In this document: positions 41,030 through 55,482 of the stretch, piece after piece
Layout of the letters: each line of letters starts with the position of its first letter
Numbering within the stretch: the stretch's first letter is position 1
Origin: Octopus vulgaris
Lineage: Eukaryota
Assembly (NCBI GenBank): GCA_951406725.2
Contig: OX597817.1
Coordinates: forward strand, 2,666,001-2,730,000
Reading direction: 5' to 3'
Length of the DNA: 64,000 bases
Position numbers and translations under genes: made by a program
The notes under the pieces: generated by a model
The model's input: only the letters and a program-made list of their open reading frames with translations
What the model was told of the DNA's origin: nothing
Database searches by the model: none

Positions 41030-41930
41030 CGTGAAAACTCCAACCGAGCAGAACTTGGAGATCTTGGAATGTCAAAAGAGTTATCAGAACTGTTAGCTTC
41101 GAGACTTAAAGAGAAGAATTTGTTACAGAAAAGTAAAAACGTGACTTTTTATCAGAACAAGGAAAAAGGTCTCTTGACATGCTTTACAATTGGAAAAATT
41201 CCGTTTACTGTTGTGACTTGGCGAGACTGTTAAATCCTTGTGAATGGAGACTCTTTATAGATAGTTCAAAGAGGAGTCTAAAATGTGTATTACTCTATAA
41301 AGGAAACTTGTTTGGTGCGCTTCCTATTGATCACTCTGTACACTTAAAACAGAATTATGATCACATAAAAGGTGTATTAGATTTACTTAAGTATGATGAA
41401 CACAGATGGGCCATATGTGTGGATCTAAAAATGGTCAACTTTTTACTTGGCCAGCAAGTAGGGTATACGAAATATCCGCGTTTCCTGTGTTTATAGGATA
41501 GCCAAGCGAGAGACAAACATTGGGAACAGAAACTGTGGCCAGTTAGGAAAAGTTTGACTGTTGGGGAGAAGAATATTATACACCAGCCACTTGTTGAGCG
41601 AGAGAAAATCATCTTTCTATCCCTTCATATTAAACTAGGGCTAATGAAATAATTTGTCAAAGTTCTTAATGTGGAAGGTAACTGTTTCATATTCATTTGT
41701 ATATTTCCTGGCCTAAGTTATGATAAAATAACGGTTGGTGTTTTTGATGGGCCACAAATCAGAAAGTTAACGAAATGCCAGAATTTTTCAAGCTTCATGG
41801 CTGACATAGAAAAAAAAACATGCGCTTCATTTGTAACAGTTGTGAAAGGATTTTGCGGGGAGTGAAAAGGCTGCAAACTACAAGGATTTAGTGGAGACAT
41901 TACTTGATAGTACCCAACTTTTAGAGAGTT
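41030..41930 (+). pseudogene. Decayed DDE transposase, probably Chapaev3 (CMC superfamily)
   Basis: SELLASRLKEKNLL; WRLFIDSSKRSLKCVLL; ICVDLKMVNFLLGQQVGYTKYPRFLCL*DS; LHIKLGLMK*FVK; GVFDGPQIRKL; stops and frameshifts. Family assignment is from recall. Confidence 0.75.
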
Positions 41931-44194
41931 TTACAGAATTTTACAGTTCCATTGATGGAGTGGATCTATAGTCTTCGAATCAGCTTTCTCCTTTATGGTT
42001 TTGAGAAGCCTAATTTCTCAAGACTGGTATTCAGGCAGAGTGTTACATATCAGAGTGCCCCAATAATGTATGTATGTATGTATGTATATGTGTGTGTGGA
42101 TGATTGTATGTATGTATATGTGTGTGTGGATGATTGTTGCCTAGCACAGCTTAACAACCGGTGTTGGTGTGTTTACGCCCCAGTTCGGCGAAAGAGACCG
42201 ATAGAATAGGTATCAGGCATAAGAAAAGGCAAGTACTGGGTTCGATTCGTTCGTCTAAATCTTTTCAATGGGTGCCCCAGCATGACCGCAGTCTCACATT
42301 AGAATGTTTTCCAAATCAGAAAAGTAGGAAGAAAGAGAATGATAGAATAATGAATGCAGCCACAATTTTTTTTTTATCTTAAAGCAGCTAAACAGAGAGA
42401 CAGAAAGTAGTAGAATATTGTATACAGTCAATTTCTCTTTTTTCACCTCCCCAGAGGCCTTAATGACAACAACCTCTTAATTTAATCGTTATATGAATTC
42501 AACTGATGACGGAGAATTTTTCAAACTGGTTTTTAAGCTTGTTTCTATTGGTTTCCTTTACTATAATACTTCCCACGTATGCCCGTATGACTGCAAATGT
42601 GTGTGCGTACATGTGTGTGTACGTGTGTGCGTGCGTGCGTGCGTGCGTGTGTATATATACACACACATCTTTGATTAAAAGATTCCAGAAAATATTTATT
42701 TTGTTGTGTACCAGTTTCTGCCTCGAAGCTTGAGAGCAAAATCGAAATTCTAACGATCTTACCTATTTTATTTTCAAGATCAGCACTTCAGTAATTTAGA
42801 TAATACATTTTTATCTACTCCATGCATTGCGTGGGATTTAGATACATCACTAAATAAAGTAAAAAAGACTGTTCAATTATGTAGAGAATAAGTCTGAAAA
42901 GCACCAGTTAAGTTAAGTCTTATGCATCACTATGATTGCTTCCTTTAAGCTACGTTGACTAAATTAAATCAAGTTAGTGATAAATTATCTACAATGGTAT
43001 TATGATTGTTTTTTAACGATATATGAGAGGACAGCGTCAATGCCTCCGAGATTGTTGGGAAGAAGAGATGGTATTGTATTCATATTCTAAGCAGAGGCTT
43101 GATCTGAATGTATGAATAAGTTTGTACTCTGCTAAACGTACCCAACAACAATGTGATGTTGTTTAAATAGGTGATGGATTAAGCCTGCTACCTAAGAACA
43201 CGAATGGTTCTTGCTGGGCTTCTACGTAACGCCTGTCTGCTAAATTTTACTAACAAAATGCTACGGTCGATGACACTAACTTAATGATCCAAAGAGTGAG
43301 ATTGAACACGAAACTATCCGATATCAAAACGAATTTCAGTACCACAGAGCAATATTTGTGCTCATAATCATTACTATTCCAGTACTCTATCAATATGAAG
43401 ATCTGTGCAGTGACAAATACAAAGATTTTTCGGAAGATAAAATACTTAGAAAATAATGACAGGAAATTTTAGGAAAATTAATAAAGCGAAAGAGAACTAT
43501 TTCTTTCTCTTTAGGGAACTTTTGCAAATTAGAAAATAAATAGATTTATGGTTACTGCATTCCTATTGGAATACTTTTACGCAGATGTTAGATTATTACG
43601 GTACCAGTCAAAATAGCGCCAGGGGGAGTCAAATTCTTGAAACATTCAATACTTAGTTCCATTAGTTTACGTTCTACATTGAAATAAAAGCAGTACCAAC
43701 TTAGTCTTTCATCTCTTCTTCGGCAGGTCATAAATATTCCCGCAAAACAATGACATTCCACAGTTACATACCTTCTGATAAACTTTTATTGACTCGACAA
43801 CAGTCTTTCAGATATGACATGCCACATCTAAAAACAAACGAAAAAAACCCATAACAGCTAAATTCTTTCTTGATAACCATGACTTTCATTTAACTGAGAT
43901 AACATTAGACATTTAACTGAGATAACAGTTAGTCACAACATTAGAAGAAAATTTATACTAAGAATCTCAATTATCATTCTTACCTATACCCTAAATTTTC
44001 AAGAGCTTGTGGATGACCCTCATGCTTTGTCATTTTAGCTATTTACCGGGGATTTTGATCTCTGGTCGCTTTCGGTTAGTTCCTGGAATGCCTCCCTTCG
44101 AAAATGGAATATGAAAGTAATATATTTTTAATCCTTTTATTTATCTGCTGTTTAGAGATGTGTGTGTGTACATATATACATATACATACATATA

Positions 44195-45459
44195 CTGGGT
44201 TATCATATAAATAATGTGGGTTTTTTATACTTCTTTTATTTTTCGAAACCTAAAATAAAGTTCTTTTTAAATCTAAAATATACTCTCCTTCATTTTCTAC
44301 AATGCTCTTCCATCTATCTCTGGTAGACTTGCAAGGCCCTCTTCCAAAATTCACTTGTCCGTGACGAAAAATACTCCTCCACTACTGTTCTGACCTTGTC
44401 TACAGAATTCATACTTTTTCTGTTCAAAAGATTTTGAAGACTGTGGAATAAATTATAATCAGATGGAGCAATGTCCGGCGAATATGGTGAATGGGACATT
44501 GTTTCTCATTCAAACTGTTGAAGCTTTTGGAATCTCATACTCGCTGTATGTGGTCGATCACTATCCTGATGGAAGAACACCTTTCGTCTTGAAACCAAAG
44601 TTGATCATTTTTCTGCCAGCGCTGACTTAAGCCGCTCAAGCTGCTTCTAGTAGATCTCCTTTGTCATCGTTTGGTTTGGGCTTAAAAGTTCAAAGTGGAC
44701 TAAACCTTGTACATCTCACCAAACAAACAACACCTTACGTGAGTGAAAACCTTCTTTAGCCTGGGGTGGCGGTGTTTCTCTTTTCCCTACACACAGTCTT
44801 CGGCACTTCACATTTTTATTGAAAACCCATTTCTCCTCACCAGTCATTATTTGGTCCCAAAATGGTTCATTCCTGACACGTGACTGCAAAGAAGAGTAGT
44901 CATTCACTCTCCGCGCAATTTGAGTTGGAAAGTTTGTGAGGAACCCATTGACCCCATTTTCTGACGTTTCCGATAGAACGCAGTTATCGATGGATGGTTG
45001 AATGACCAAATCCAAGCTTCTCTGCTAGTTCTTCAACAGTTACGATGGGATTATGCAACACCAGGATTTGCAGGGCATCCTTGTTGAGCGCTACAGAACT
45101 TCCAGTACGAGGTTCATCTTCTTCCGGTTCGGAATTTCTGAAACCACCGATGACACTGGCTTACGCTTCTTGTCCGATACCCATATACTGCATTAATATT
45201 CCTTGCACTTTCCGTTGTGTTGTTTCCTTAATTGAACTCATAAAGCAAAATATTCCGAATATGCTCCTTTGTCACCTCTATTATATCTTTGAAAAAATAA
45301 TTGTTAAAATTGAATTGCACTCTTCAAAACTTGCACTAAGAATAAGTACAAAGTAAAATTACTACCTGTTTTTATAGCAAGTTGATGCAGTTAGTTTATC
45401 CCGTTTGAACTTTTAGTTCATACATTTGAAAAAACCGCATTATTTATGGGATGAGCCAT
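44195..45459 (-). mobile_element. Full-length (~1.26 kb) decayed mariner transposon with TIRs
   Basis: TIRs tgggttatcatataaataatgtgggtttttt and aaaaaaccgcattatttatgggatgagcca; IMTGEEKWV, HSPYSPDIAPSDYNLF; multiple stops and frameshifts. Confidence 0.92.
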
Positions 45460-46088
45460 CTAAGTTTGATTTTCACGTTTTATTATTTGCAATTTTTATA
45501 ATTTTACAATATTGAAAGAAACCAGCAATCATCAGGTTTATGTAGTGAGAGTTGTGTTCTAAAATTGGCAACTGTAGTGAAATAGTTAGACTTATCCTTT
45601 AAATGATCCTCCAATAGGCTCCAGTAGGTTGAATCTTATTATCTGTATTTTGACTAACTAGCATGGGACTTACATGTCATAGGCTGGTGCGCGCGCCAAC
45701 TAAGTTCTAAATATATTTCGACCAATCGGTATGTGTCTTAGACGTCACGGTTTGGTGGAAATGTCAAGGATTCTTTACTTCGACCGCTGCTAAATGAATA
45801 ATTGTCTGGCTATATTTTGGAATGTTGTAAAAAAAAAACATTCCTGTTTTCATTAAGTTCTATTGTTATCATTCCAGAAATTCTAATTGGAGTCAATGTT
45901 CATATGGTCAAAGCTACTACCATCCTCACCGTCCCCTTCCTTATTGTTGTTGTTAGTGGTGGCAGTGGTAGACTGTAATAACAGTAGTACTTATCATTAT
46001 CACCATCATCATACAAACTCGAATATGTGTGTGTGTATGTGTGTGTGTATATAAATATAAATGCACACGCACATATGTATGTACGTAT

Positions 46089-46184
<96 letters not shown>

Positions 46185-46960
46185 CATACTTAAAATCAAT
46201 ATACTTTTCAACTTGTCAAGAAGAATTTTCACAATTGCCCGAAACCTGAGATAAACAATTCCAAGAACTTATAAACAGGATCTAGTTTTTCTCATTCGCA
46301 AAATATGCCCCCTTTAATTTTGCTCAAATAGCTTTCAATTTTAGTGTATCTCATATAAATTAAAGAATCTGATGCTATTTCGCATTAAAGTTTGGAAATT
46401 GGGTAATTTTAGCCAATCAACAGACCGCGTGGCATTAGCAGCTTGTTACCATGACAACCGCACGCTTTGTTGTGGTTCGCTGTTGTCTGTGCCACTGTTG
46501 TCTATGTTGATTTTTTCACACTTAGTATTTTTACATATTTTTCACTTCATATATTTTAGAGGCTCATTCACTCAGATAGCTGGAATTTATGATTTCACTC
46601 GGTTAATTCTATTCATAACAAATTTTAATTAGGAGTATTTCTTAAACTGTTAGCTTCATATTTCAACAGCTTCACCGAAATTTAGCCCAGTTAGCAGGAA
46701 CTGAAAGTGATATCGTAGAACAAAGAAACTCTGGGTGATGCAGATAATTTGACATTCTGTTTGAATTCTGCATTGAAAAACATAAAAGATACAGGCATTC
46801 TTTTCCTTGGAACACATTCTTTGTTGACCATTGTTATTCCTATCGTAGTTTACAAATCCAAGCCTGAAAGTGCTGGTCAACTAGGGAGTTTGGGAGACAG
46901 ACGCCCTCTTTACACACACACACACGCACATGCGCGCCTGCACATGCATTTATATATTGG

Positions 46961-47343
46961 AAGCACTCCGTCGGTTACGACGATGAGGGTTCCGGTTGAT
47001 CGGAATCAACGGAAAAGCCTGCTCGTGAAATTAACCTGTAAGTGGCTGAGCACTCCACAGACACGTGCACCCTTAACGTAGTTCTCGGGGATATTCAGCG
47101 TGACACAGAGAGTGACAAGGCCGGCCCCTTGAAATACAGGTACAATACAAAACAGGAAGTAAGAGTGAGAGAAAGTTGTGGTGAAAGAGTACAGCAGGGA
47201 TCACCACCATCCCCTGCCGGAGCCTCGTGGAGCTTTTAGGTGTTTTCGCTCAATAAACACTCACAACGCCCGGTCTGGGAATCGAAACCGCGGTCCTATG
47301 ACCGCGAGTCTGCTGCCCTAACCACTGGGCCATTGCGCCTCCA
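46961..47343 (-). mobile_element. tRNA-derived SINE family B, full length
   Basis: Complete head-to-tail match with the other copies. Confidence 0.92.
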
Positions 47344-47599
47344 CTATTTATATATTAATGATTTACATAAATGCATGGTAGGTATACATGATACTGAAGT
47401 ACGCATAACGTAAACACATGCAGACAAATACATTAATATAACGAATTTTTTAAAATGGTAAAAACAAGAAGAGAGAAAAAGAAATATTAAGATGAGTCGT
47501 GTTGATTTTATTAGGCAGTTCTGATTATTTAAAAGCCGACAATGAACAGGTCAGACTCTAAACTATAAATTTTACAGGATACAACCTTAAAGCTGACAC

Positions 47600-47872
47600 C
47601 GCTCCGCTAAACGCATATGGCGTAGTGGTAAGAGCGCGGGCTACTAACCCCAAGATTCCGTGTTCGATTCCAAGCAGTGACGTGGATAATAATATAATTA
47701 TAATAATAATAACAACAGCAACATCGGAAAACACCTTAGGAATGAGAACCCATGTTCGAAATTTCCCCAAGGCGCCTGAAGAAGGCTGGAGGGTATATCA
47801 GCCGAAACGTTGTGTTAACAACAAACAAGATGAGGACAAATATCCGTTGAATGTAAATAATGTAAATAATGC
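47600..47872 (+). mobile_element. tRNA-headed, hammerhead-containing short element
   Basis: A box tggcgtagtgg (47618), B box gttcgattcc (47662), (TAA)n linker, hammerhead 47771-47815, tandem aatgtaaat tail. Confidence 0.75.
47771..47815 (+). ncRNA. Minimal type I hammerhead ribozyme
   Basis: ggcgc-CTGAAGA-a-ggctg...cagcc-GAAA-c-GTT-gtgtt; palindrome aacgtt. Confidence 0.8.
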
Positions 47873-47929
47873 TTATTGTTCTCCTGTTTATCTAACTCTC
47901 TTTCTCTCTCTCCCTCTCATAATATTGAT

Positions 47930-48690
47930 ATTTTTGGCACATAGCCAGCAATTTCAGGGGAGGAGGAAAGTCGATTACATCTACGCCAGTGCGTAACTGG
48001 TACTTATTTCATCGACTCTGAAAAGGAATTTTAACTCAGAACATGAAGACGAACAAAATACCTATTTCTTTACTACCCACAAGGGGCTAAACACAGAGGG
48101 AACAAACAAGGACAGACAAACGGATTAAGTCGATTATATCGATCCCAGTGCGTAACTGGTACTTATTTAATCGACCCCGAAAGGATGAAAGGCAAAGTCG
48201 ACCTCGGCGGAATTTGAACTCAGAACGTAACGACAGACGAAATACCTATTTCTTTACTACCCACAAGGGGCTAAACACAGAAGGGATAAACAATGACAGA
48301 CACACGGATTAAGTCGATTATATCGACCCCAGTGCATAGCTGGTACTTATTTAATCGACCCCCGAAAGGATGAAAGGCACAGTCGACCTCGGCGGAATTT
48401 GAACTCAGAACGTAGCGGCAGACGAAATACTGCCAAGCATTTCGCCCGGCGTGCTAACGATTCTGCCAGCTCGCCGCCTTATTCTCTCTCATAATAGTGG
48501 TTTCAAATTTTGACACGAGACAAGTAATTTCGGAGAAGGGGATAAGTCGATTACATCGACCCTGGTACCCAATTGGTGCTTATTTTATCGATCTCAAGAG
48601 GATAAAAGGCAAAGTCAGCCTCGGCGGAATTTGAACTCAGAACGCAGAGACGGACGAAATGCCGCTCAGCCTTCTGCCAGTTTGACTTCT
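47930..48690 (-). mobile_element. Head-to-tail array of SINE family A units
   Basis: ~185-bp units repeat at 48057 and 48241; full head ends at 48480; further copy 48500-48690. Confidence 0.88.
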
Positions 48691-49629
48691 TATTCTCTTT
48701 CATGATATCAGCTGCTCTTTTTCTTTGAGTCTTTCACATTTTCCCTTCCTCTTTTTGTCTTATATCTTTACTCTTTTTCTCCTCCTTATCCCTTCATTCT
48801 ATATTTCGAATACTTTATTCTTCGTTTCACTCTCATCCTCTCTATATCAGACTCTTACCACCATTTACCATTTCCGTTTTCCTGCATCTTTATCAATTAC
48901 AATTTTCCCCCAGCCTCTCCATTTCTCTTCATTATCTTCACTTCTCTCCTTCTCTCTCGCTAAATCTTCTAGTTTTGTATTGTTTTTAAATTTCCCAACC
49001 TATTTGTCAATGAGTCTTGAGTGTGCGCTATCACGTTTCTATGGCCCTTCTACCTGATATCGAATGATTTTTCTTTTTCTGTTTTTTCAAAATGTTTGCT
49101 TTGATATCCAGTACGCTAAGATGATAAAGAAAAGATCAACAACTACAACAGCAACAACAGCAATATTAAGATCTGTAGCAAAACCATTGAAAACAACTTC
49201 TTCTATAGCAACAGAAACAATAACAATTATATTATCAACTGCAATAGCAATAATTAGAACTTGATAAAAAAAAAAAGAAAAACGAGCCATATCAAGTTAG
49301 AAAAGCAGCAAGAATCTGGCATTATTCCTTACTTCCTGATAGTGAAAGACGGAATTTCTAAATTCTATAAAAAGAACACGCGAAACGGTTAATATGGAAA
49401 TATTAGAGTATTGAAACGAGTCGAAGTCTTGAGATATATATTCCTTTCCATTCATGTCAAGCATGGAGATATATATCTCCTCTATTGGCATAAAGCCACT
49501 ATTTTTTTTAGACAAAGATATCAAAGTTTTTTACGACGGAAATCTCTTCAAACAACATTAATAACTGACTCTAGTAGTCACCAGACGTCAGTGGTGTTTC
49601 TATACTCTGTCTTTTATATATTGGTCTCA

Positions 49630-49980
49630 GATTTGACACAAGGCCAGCAACTTTCGGAGAAGGTGGTAAGTCGATTATATCTATCCAGTACTCAACTGGT
49701 ATATATTTTATTGACACCGAAAAGATGACTGGTAAAGTCGACCTCGGCGGAAATTGAACTCAAAGCGTAAAGACGGGTGAATTGTTGCTAAGTATCTTGC
49801 CTGGTGTCTTTACATTCTCAGTTCAAATTCCGCCGAGATTGCCGTTGCCTTTCATTCTTGCAGGCACCATAAGATAAGTACCAGTTAAGCACTAGAGTCG
49901 AGATAATCGAATTATGCCCAACCTCCAAAATTACTGGCATTGCACTGAAAGCTTGAAACCAACTTATATGTATTGAAACC
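49630..49980. mobile_element. Two SINE family A fragments in opposite orientation
   Basis: gtcgacctcggcggaaattgaactc (minus) then agttcaaattccgccgag (plus). Confidence 0.7.
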
Positions 49981-51468
49981 AATACATATATGAATGTATA
50001 TGTGGTTAAGAAGTTCACACCGTAATCGTATGGTTCTAGGTTCGATTCCACTGCGAGAAAACTAGACAAATAACGTCTACTATATTTTACCTCGAGTCGA
50101 CCAAAGTCTTTCGAGAGGAATTTTTTTCAATAGAAAAAGAAATTCGAGTTTTAGCTAATTGTTATTTTAAGTGGTACGGGAATGAATATTACGTAATACG
50201 TATTTTTTTCTTCTGTGAGTGAAAGATAAAACAAAGTTTAAATATTTCACTGTTTATTGAACGTTGAACGCTACAGAACGTAACTGATTGCATGGCATTT
50301 TAACATCTGCGTAAACTATCCCAACTGGAATTATAAGTTGTAACCATAAGCTCATCTTTACCTATAGAAAAGATCCTTGAAAGGGAAACAGTGTTTCAAC
50401 TCTTTCTCTTTTTTTACGACATTCTCGTTCTCAACATTTTAGCACCAACTTCCAAAATTTCAAACTTACACCAATCTTGGAGTGTCTAAAAGAGATCATA
50501 AGCACCACCTTCGACTTAAGGTTGAACTGAAGTTAAATAATTCACTAATAGTCAATATATTTCGCTGCTTTGGTGACTGGATACGAAGTTTTGTCCCATC
50601 CGTCAACGATCATTTATAGACATAAAATTAAAATAATGATATCAGATGTCATTTACACAGAGAGAGCAATAGCATAATCTTCTAATACATCCCGAATTAA
50701 TTGATTCCACTGTGGGTATTACCAGAAATTACACACATATGAAATAAAATGACAGTAAAAATGATGGCAGGTGAACAGTAAGAAACGAACGCAAGCCAGA
50801 GTTCGCAGTATGGCCACCCACTACACAAAATCACATAAACTCCAAAAGCAATAAGGATTGCCATGTTGTTCGAATGATGTGTGCCATTGGTCTGTCTGCT
50901 CGATGATGGCTGAGCTGTCACTACACATTAGCAAAACAGCCACGGTACAAATATAACACTACGAGCCAACAAGAAGGGTTCTGGGTGATTGCTCAACAGG
51001 CGGTCTCCCGCATAAAAGGATATTCTTCGCAAACTACTCGTCTTGCGAGTAACACAATAGTTTCAAGTAGATCTAGATGCACTATGCTTGAAAATAAGTC
51101 CGGATGTTCATGAATGACATGTCTTCGATCATAGATTAGGTGCCTCCTGGGTTAAATAAAAAGAACAGCCCTAAAAAGTATTACTTGTATTGAGAAAAAC
51201 AATACCATAAAGGAAAATATTCTTTATATATATATATATAACACATCAATTATATAAGAGATTACCTCCCTTGGATTACATTTTGCGGTTTTAACCTTTT
51301 ACGACTAAATCTTTTTCATAATATTTTGAATGCATCTAAAGAGGTAACCAGAAGGTCATCTCTATACTTAATAAAACAGAAAACTTCATTGGATTTGCTT
51401 CCGTCGAGTGATTTTGGGATTCGAACCAAATATGAAACTCTTAGCCGACTCAGAATATGCTAACACAA

Positions 51469-51502
<34 letters not shown>

Positions 51503-51511
51503 GTATCTATG

Positions 51512-51636
<125 letters not shown>

Positions 51637-51654
51637 GTATATGTGTGTGTGTAC

Positions 51655-52030
<376 letters not shown>

Positions 52031-52048
52031 ATATGTGTGTATATATAC

Positions 52049-52095
<47 letters not shown>

Positions 52096-52096
<1 letters not shown>

Positions 52097-52610
52097 TAGC
52101 TTAAAAGCCACCCTATCTGGCGGCTTTTAAGCAACCGACCCCGAATGGGAAGATCTGCAAACAGATCTCAGACTTTGCTTGGAAAATTTGTTGTAATTGC
52201 TTCCTTCGGAGTCATATCTCAATGATGGTCATACTACTGGTCGCAAAAAATCATATACAAAAAATTGACGAAAACAATCACAGTAATGAAAACATAGGAA
52301 TCCAAAATTTCAAGATTACAGGTCCAGATTCGACCCGTAATGTTTTAAATTTACTCACGGAGTTAGCCTTTAGATTATAAAAATTGTTATCGTACATAAA
52401 ATTTGTCGTAAAAATGTCACGTAAAAACATCATAGTAACGAATGCTTGGGAATCCAAAATTTCAGGATTGTGTGTCCTGATTCGGTCCGGAATGTTCTTA
52501 ATTTACTCACAGTGTCAGCCTGATTTCAAACTGGTATGATATGTTGGGTTACGACCTCTAGGAGTAAAGTGGAAAAAGTGTGACACACTGACATTAACAT
52601 TTATTATATT
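52096..52610 (-). mobile_element. Helitron-like non-autonomous element
   Basis: CTAG terminus next to hairpin cttaaaagcc...ggcttttaag; internal ~150-bp tandem duplication. Confidence 0.55.
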
Positions 52611-52678
52611 ATAATTATATATTATATTATATTATATTTTATTACATTATATTATATTATATTATGTTATGTTATGTT

Positions 52679-53080
52679 AAGGCAGCGAGCTGGCAAAAAC
52701 GTCAGCGCGCCGGCGAAATGCTTCGCGGTATTTCGGCTGCCGTTACATTCTGAGTTCAAATTCCGCCGAGGTCGACTTTGCCTTTCATCCTTTCGGGATC
52801 GATAAATTATAGTACCAGTTACGCACTGGGGTCGATGTAATCGACTTAATACCTATGTCTGTCCTTGTTTGTCCCCTCTATGTTTAGCCCCTTGTGGGTA
52901 ATAAAGAAATAGGTATTTTGATTGCCATTTGGTTTTGAATTCGAATTCCGTCGAGCTCGACTTTTCCTTTCATTCTATTGGGGTCGATAAAATTAGTACC
53001 AGTCACTTACTGGGTTGGATGTAATCGACTTAATCCCTTCCCCCAAAATTTGAGGCCTTGTGCTTCCAGTAGAAAAGATT
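52679..53080 (+). mobile_element. SINE family A plus a second partial unit
   Basis: Full head, core and tail, then the core repeats at 52940. Confidence 0.88.
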
Positions 53081-53526
53081 TATTAAAGTTAAACACGTGA
53101 CACACTTAATATCACATTTATTAGATATGTCTAAGTTTTGGGAAACTTTATTTCAATTAAAGTGTTGCTTGTTTATTTTGTCTCTTTGTCTTCTCTTCTG
53201 GTGCTGTATGAACATTTTAGGTGGTTTTAGAGTCAAGTTTTGTCTGCTATTTCCAGTGTGGTGGTATCTCTTAGATACCCTAAATTATAATTATCTATCT
53301 ATATATATTAGTGTGGGTGACAGGAATTTCTGTCAAAGAGACATGGTTCAACAAAGTTGCACATCATTTTCCTCTTTCTCACACATACCCACTCTTTCTC
53401 TCTTTTATTATTACTGCCACCTTCAACACTGCTACTTTTAATAAGACGTCAACTCTCCTTAAATTTCTTTGTCTCTCTTTCTAACCCTTTCTTTTTCTTT
53501 CTCTCTCTCTCTGTCTTCACCACCGC

Positions 53527-53566
<40 letters not shown>

Positions 53567-53762
53567 GGAAGAGAGAGCTGATAGATAGATAGAGATGATA
53601 GATAGAGTGAGAGAGATGATAGATAGATAGAGAGAGAGAGAGTGAGATGATAGATAGGTATATAGATAGATAGAGAGAGAGAGAGAGAGATGATAGATAG
53701 AGAGAAAGAGTGATGCTTCATAAAGAGAGAGAGATGATAGATTGATAGAGGAAGAGAGAGCT

Positions 53763-53822
<60 letters not shown>

Positions 53823-54707
53823 TGTCGGATATATGTATGCATATGTATAAGTATCCTACTTAACGTATTAATGTGTGTGTCAATGAGTCACAAAAGATCA
53901 ATAAAGAAGGAACCCATTCCCAGCTTCTTTTTTTGCATTTGTGATTCAGTCAATCCCTAAAACTTCTCCTGCCGACATACGGAAGAGTTCCTGTTAATTA
54001 TCCCTTATTTATTAGATCCCCTGGGAAAAAGTCAGTATTCAGTGAATTTCTGGGTCGTCATCCTCGTGGTATTCTCTATTACCTTCTCTACCGTCATTTT
54101 AAGGACGTCGATTTTCTTTTTTAATACTTTTCTTTTCTCTTACAACTCTAGCTTTTGTTGTTGCTATTGTTGTTGTTGCTGCTATTATTGCGGCTCTACT
54201 TTTAACCCATCTTCTCCATCCCGCTTTATTATCATTATAATTGTTACTATCATTATATTAATTCCTGTTGTGCCTCTTTGTGGCTCCTGTGGCTAATAAA
54301 ATAAAATCATTATTAACGTTGTCGATGTTAATATTTTTAATTGCTACTGAGTGGATGCCTATTGCTTGTGTGTAGGGATCACAAACAAAGAGATAGTAGT
54401 AGCTGGGGTGGTGGTTATGGTGGTACTGATGAGGCTGGGGGTGGCGGTGGTGATGCTATCGTAGTGCTGGTGTTGAAGGGTTATGACGGAAGAAGGAGTG
54501 ATCTCAGAAAAAATTTCCTGTGAAATTATGGGAAAAGAAATTGCTTTATGCTTCCTCTTAGTTCTTTTGCACTTTAATATCGAAGAAGAACAACAATAAC
54601 AACAATTGCAGCAGTAGCAGCAGCAGCAGCAGCAGAAGTAGTAGTAGCAGCAGCAGCAACATAACGCCCCACCAAATTTCTTAAGTTGTATTTGTAGTGC
54701 GCGTCGA

Positions 54708-54738
<31 letters not shown>

Positions 54739-54854
54739 GTGTGTGTGTGTGTGTATTTATATATTGTGTACCTGCACGTCTGTCTATCTATCTATCTGTC
54801 TATCTATCTGTCTGTCTGTCTGTCTGTCTATCTTTCTCGCTATACATATTCTTT

Positions 54855-55050
54855 TATCCTTTTACTTGTTTCAGTCATTTTGACTGTGGCCATGCTGGAA
54901 CACCACCTCTTAGTCAAACAAATCGACCTCTGAACTTATTATTTGTAAGCTTGGTATTTATTCTATCGCTCTCTTTTGCCGAACTGCTAAGTCACGGGGA
55001 CGTAAACACACCACTATCGATTGTCAAGCGATTGTGAGGGGACGAACACA
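54855..55050 (-). mobile_element. SINE family C 3' part
   Basis: ttttacttgtttcagtcattttgactgtggccatgctgga...gacgtaaacacacca. Confidence 0.75.
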
Positions 55051-55068
55051 TACACATAAATATATCTC

Positions 55069-55449
55069 TCTATATATAAACGGCAGTTTGTCTGTGCGTG
55101 TTTCTGTGTGTCTGTTTTCTCGTACCCTCACCCTGACCACGGCTTTCAACCGATTCTGATGAAACTTGACACACACATAGCCCAATGTCATAATTCAAAA
55201 CTAACGCAGCGAAAATTTTGAAAAGTTCCCCCAGTTCTGAAAAAATCGATAAATTCGACATGGGGTCGAGAATCAGGAATACGAACCACAAACTGTCTAG
55301 GGGACGCAACTCCACCTTTTTTAAATCTCAAAAAAAAATTTACCATCATTTTTTTCCATTTTTTTTGCTATTTTTTGGCTATAACTCTCTAAAAATGCTT
55401 TATAGTTATTTCCCTTACAAACCTGAGCAACGCCGGGCGATACTGCTAG
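55069..55449 (+). mobile_element. Non-autonomous Helitron (~380 bp)
   Basis: 5' TCtatatataaa; 3' cctgagcaacgccggg subterminal palindrome then CTAG|T. Confidence 0.8.
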
Positions 55450-55482
55450 TGCATATATATATATATACATACATATATATAT

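Noticed and set aside
50697-50921. 74-aa hydrophobic ORF
   Set aside because: Non-ATG start and no recognisable family; cannot be supported as an exon
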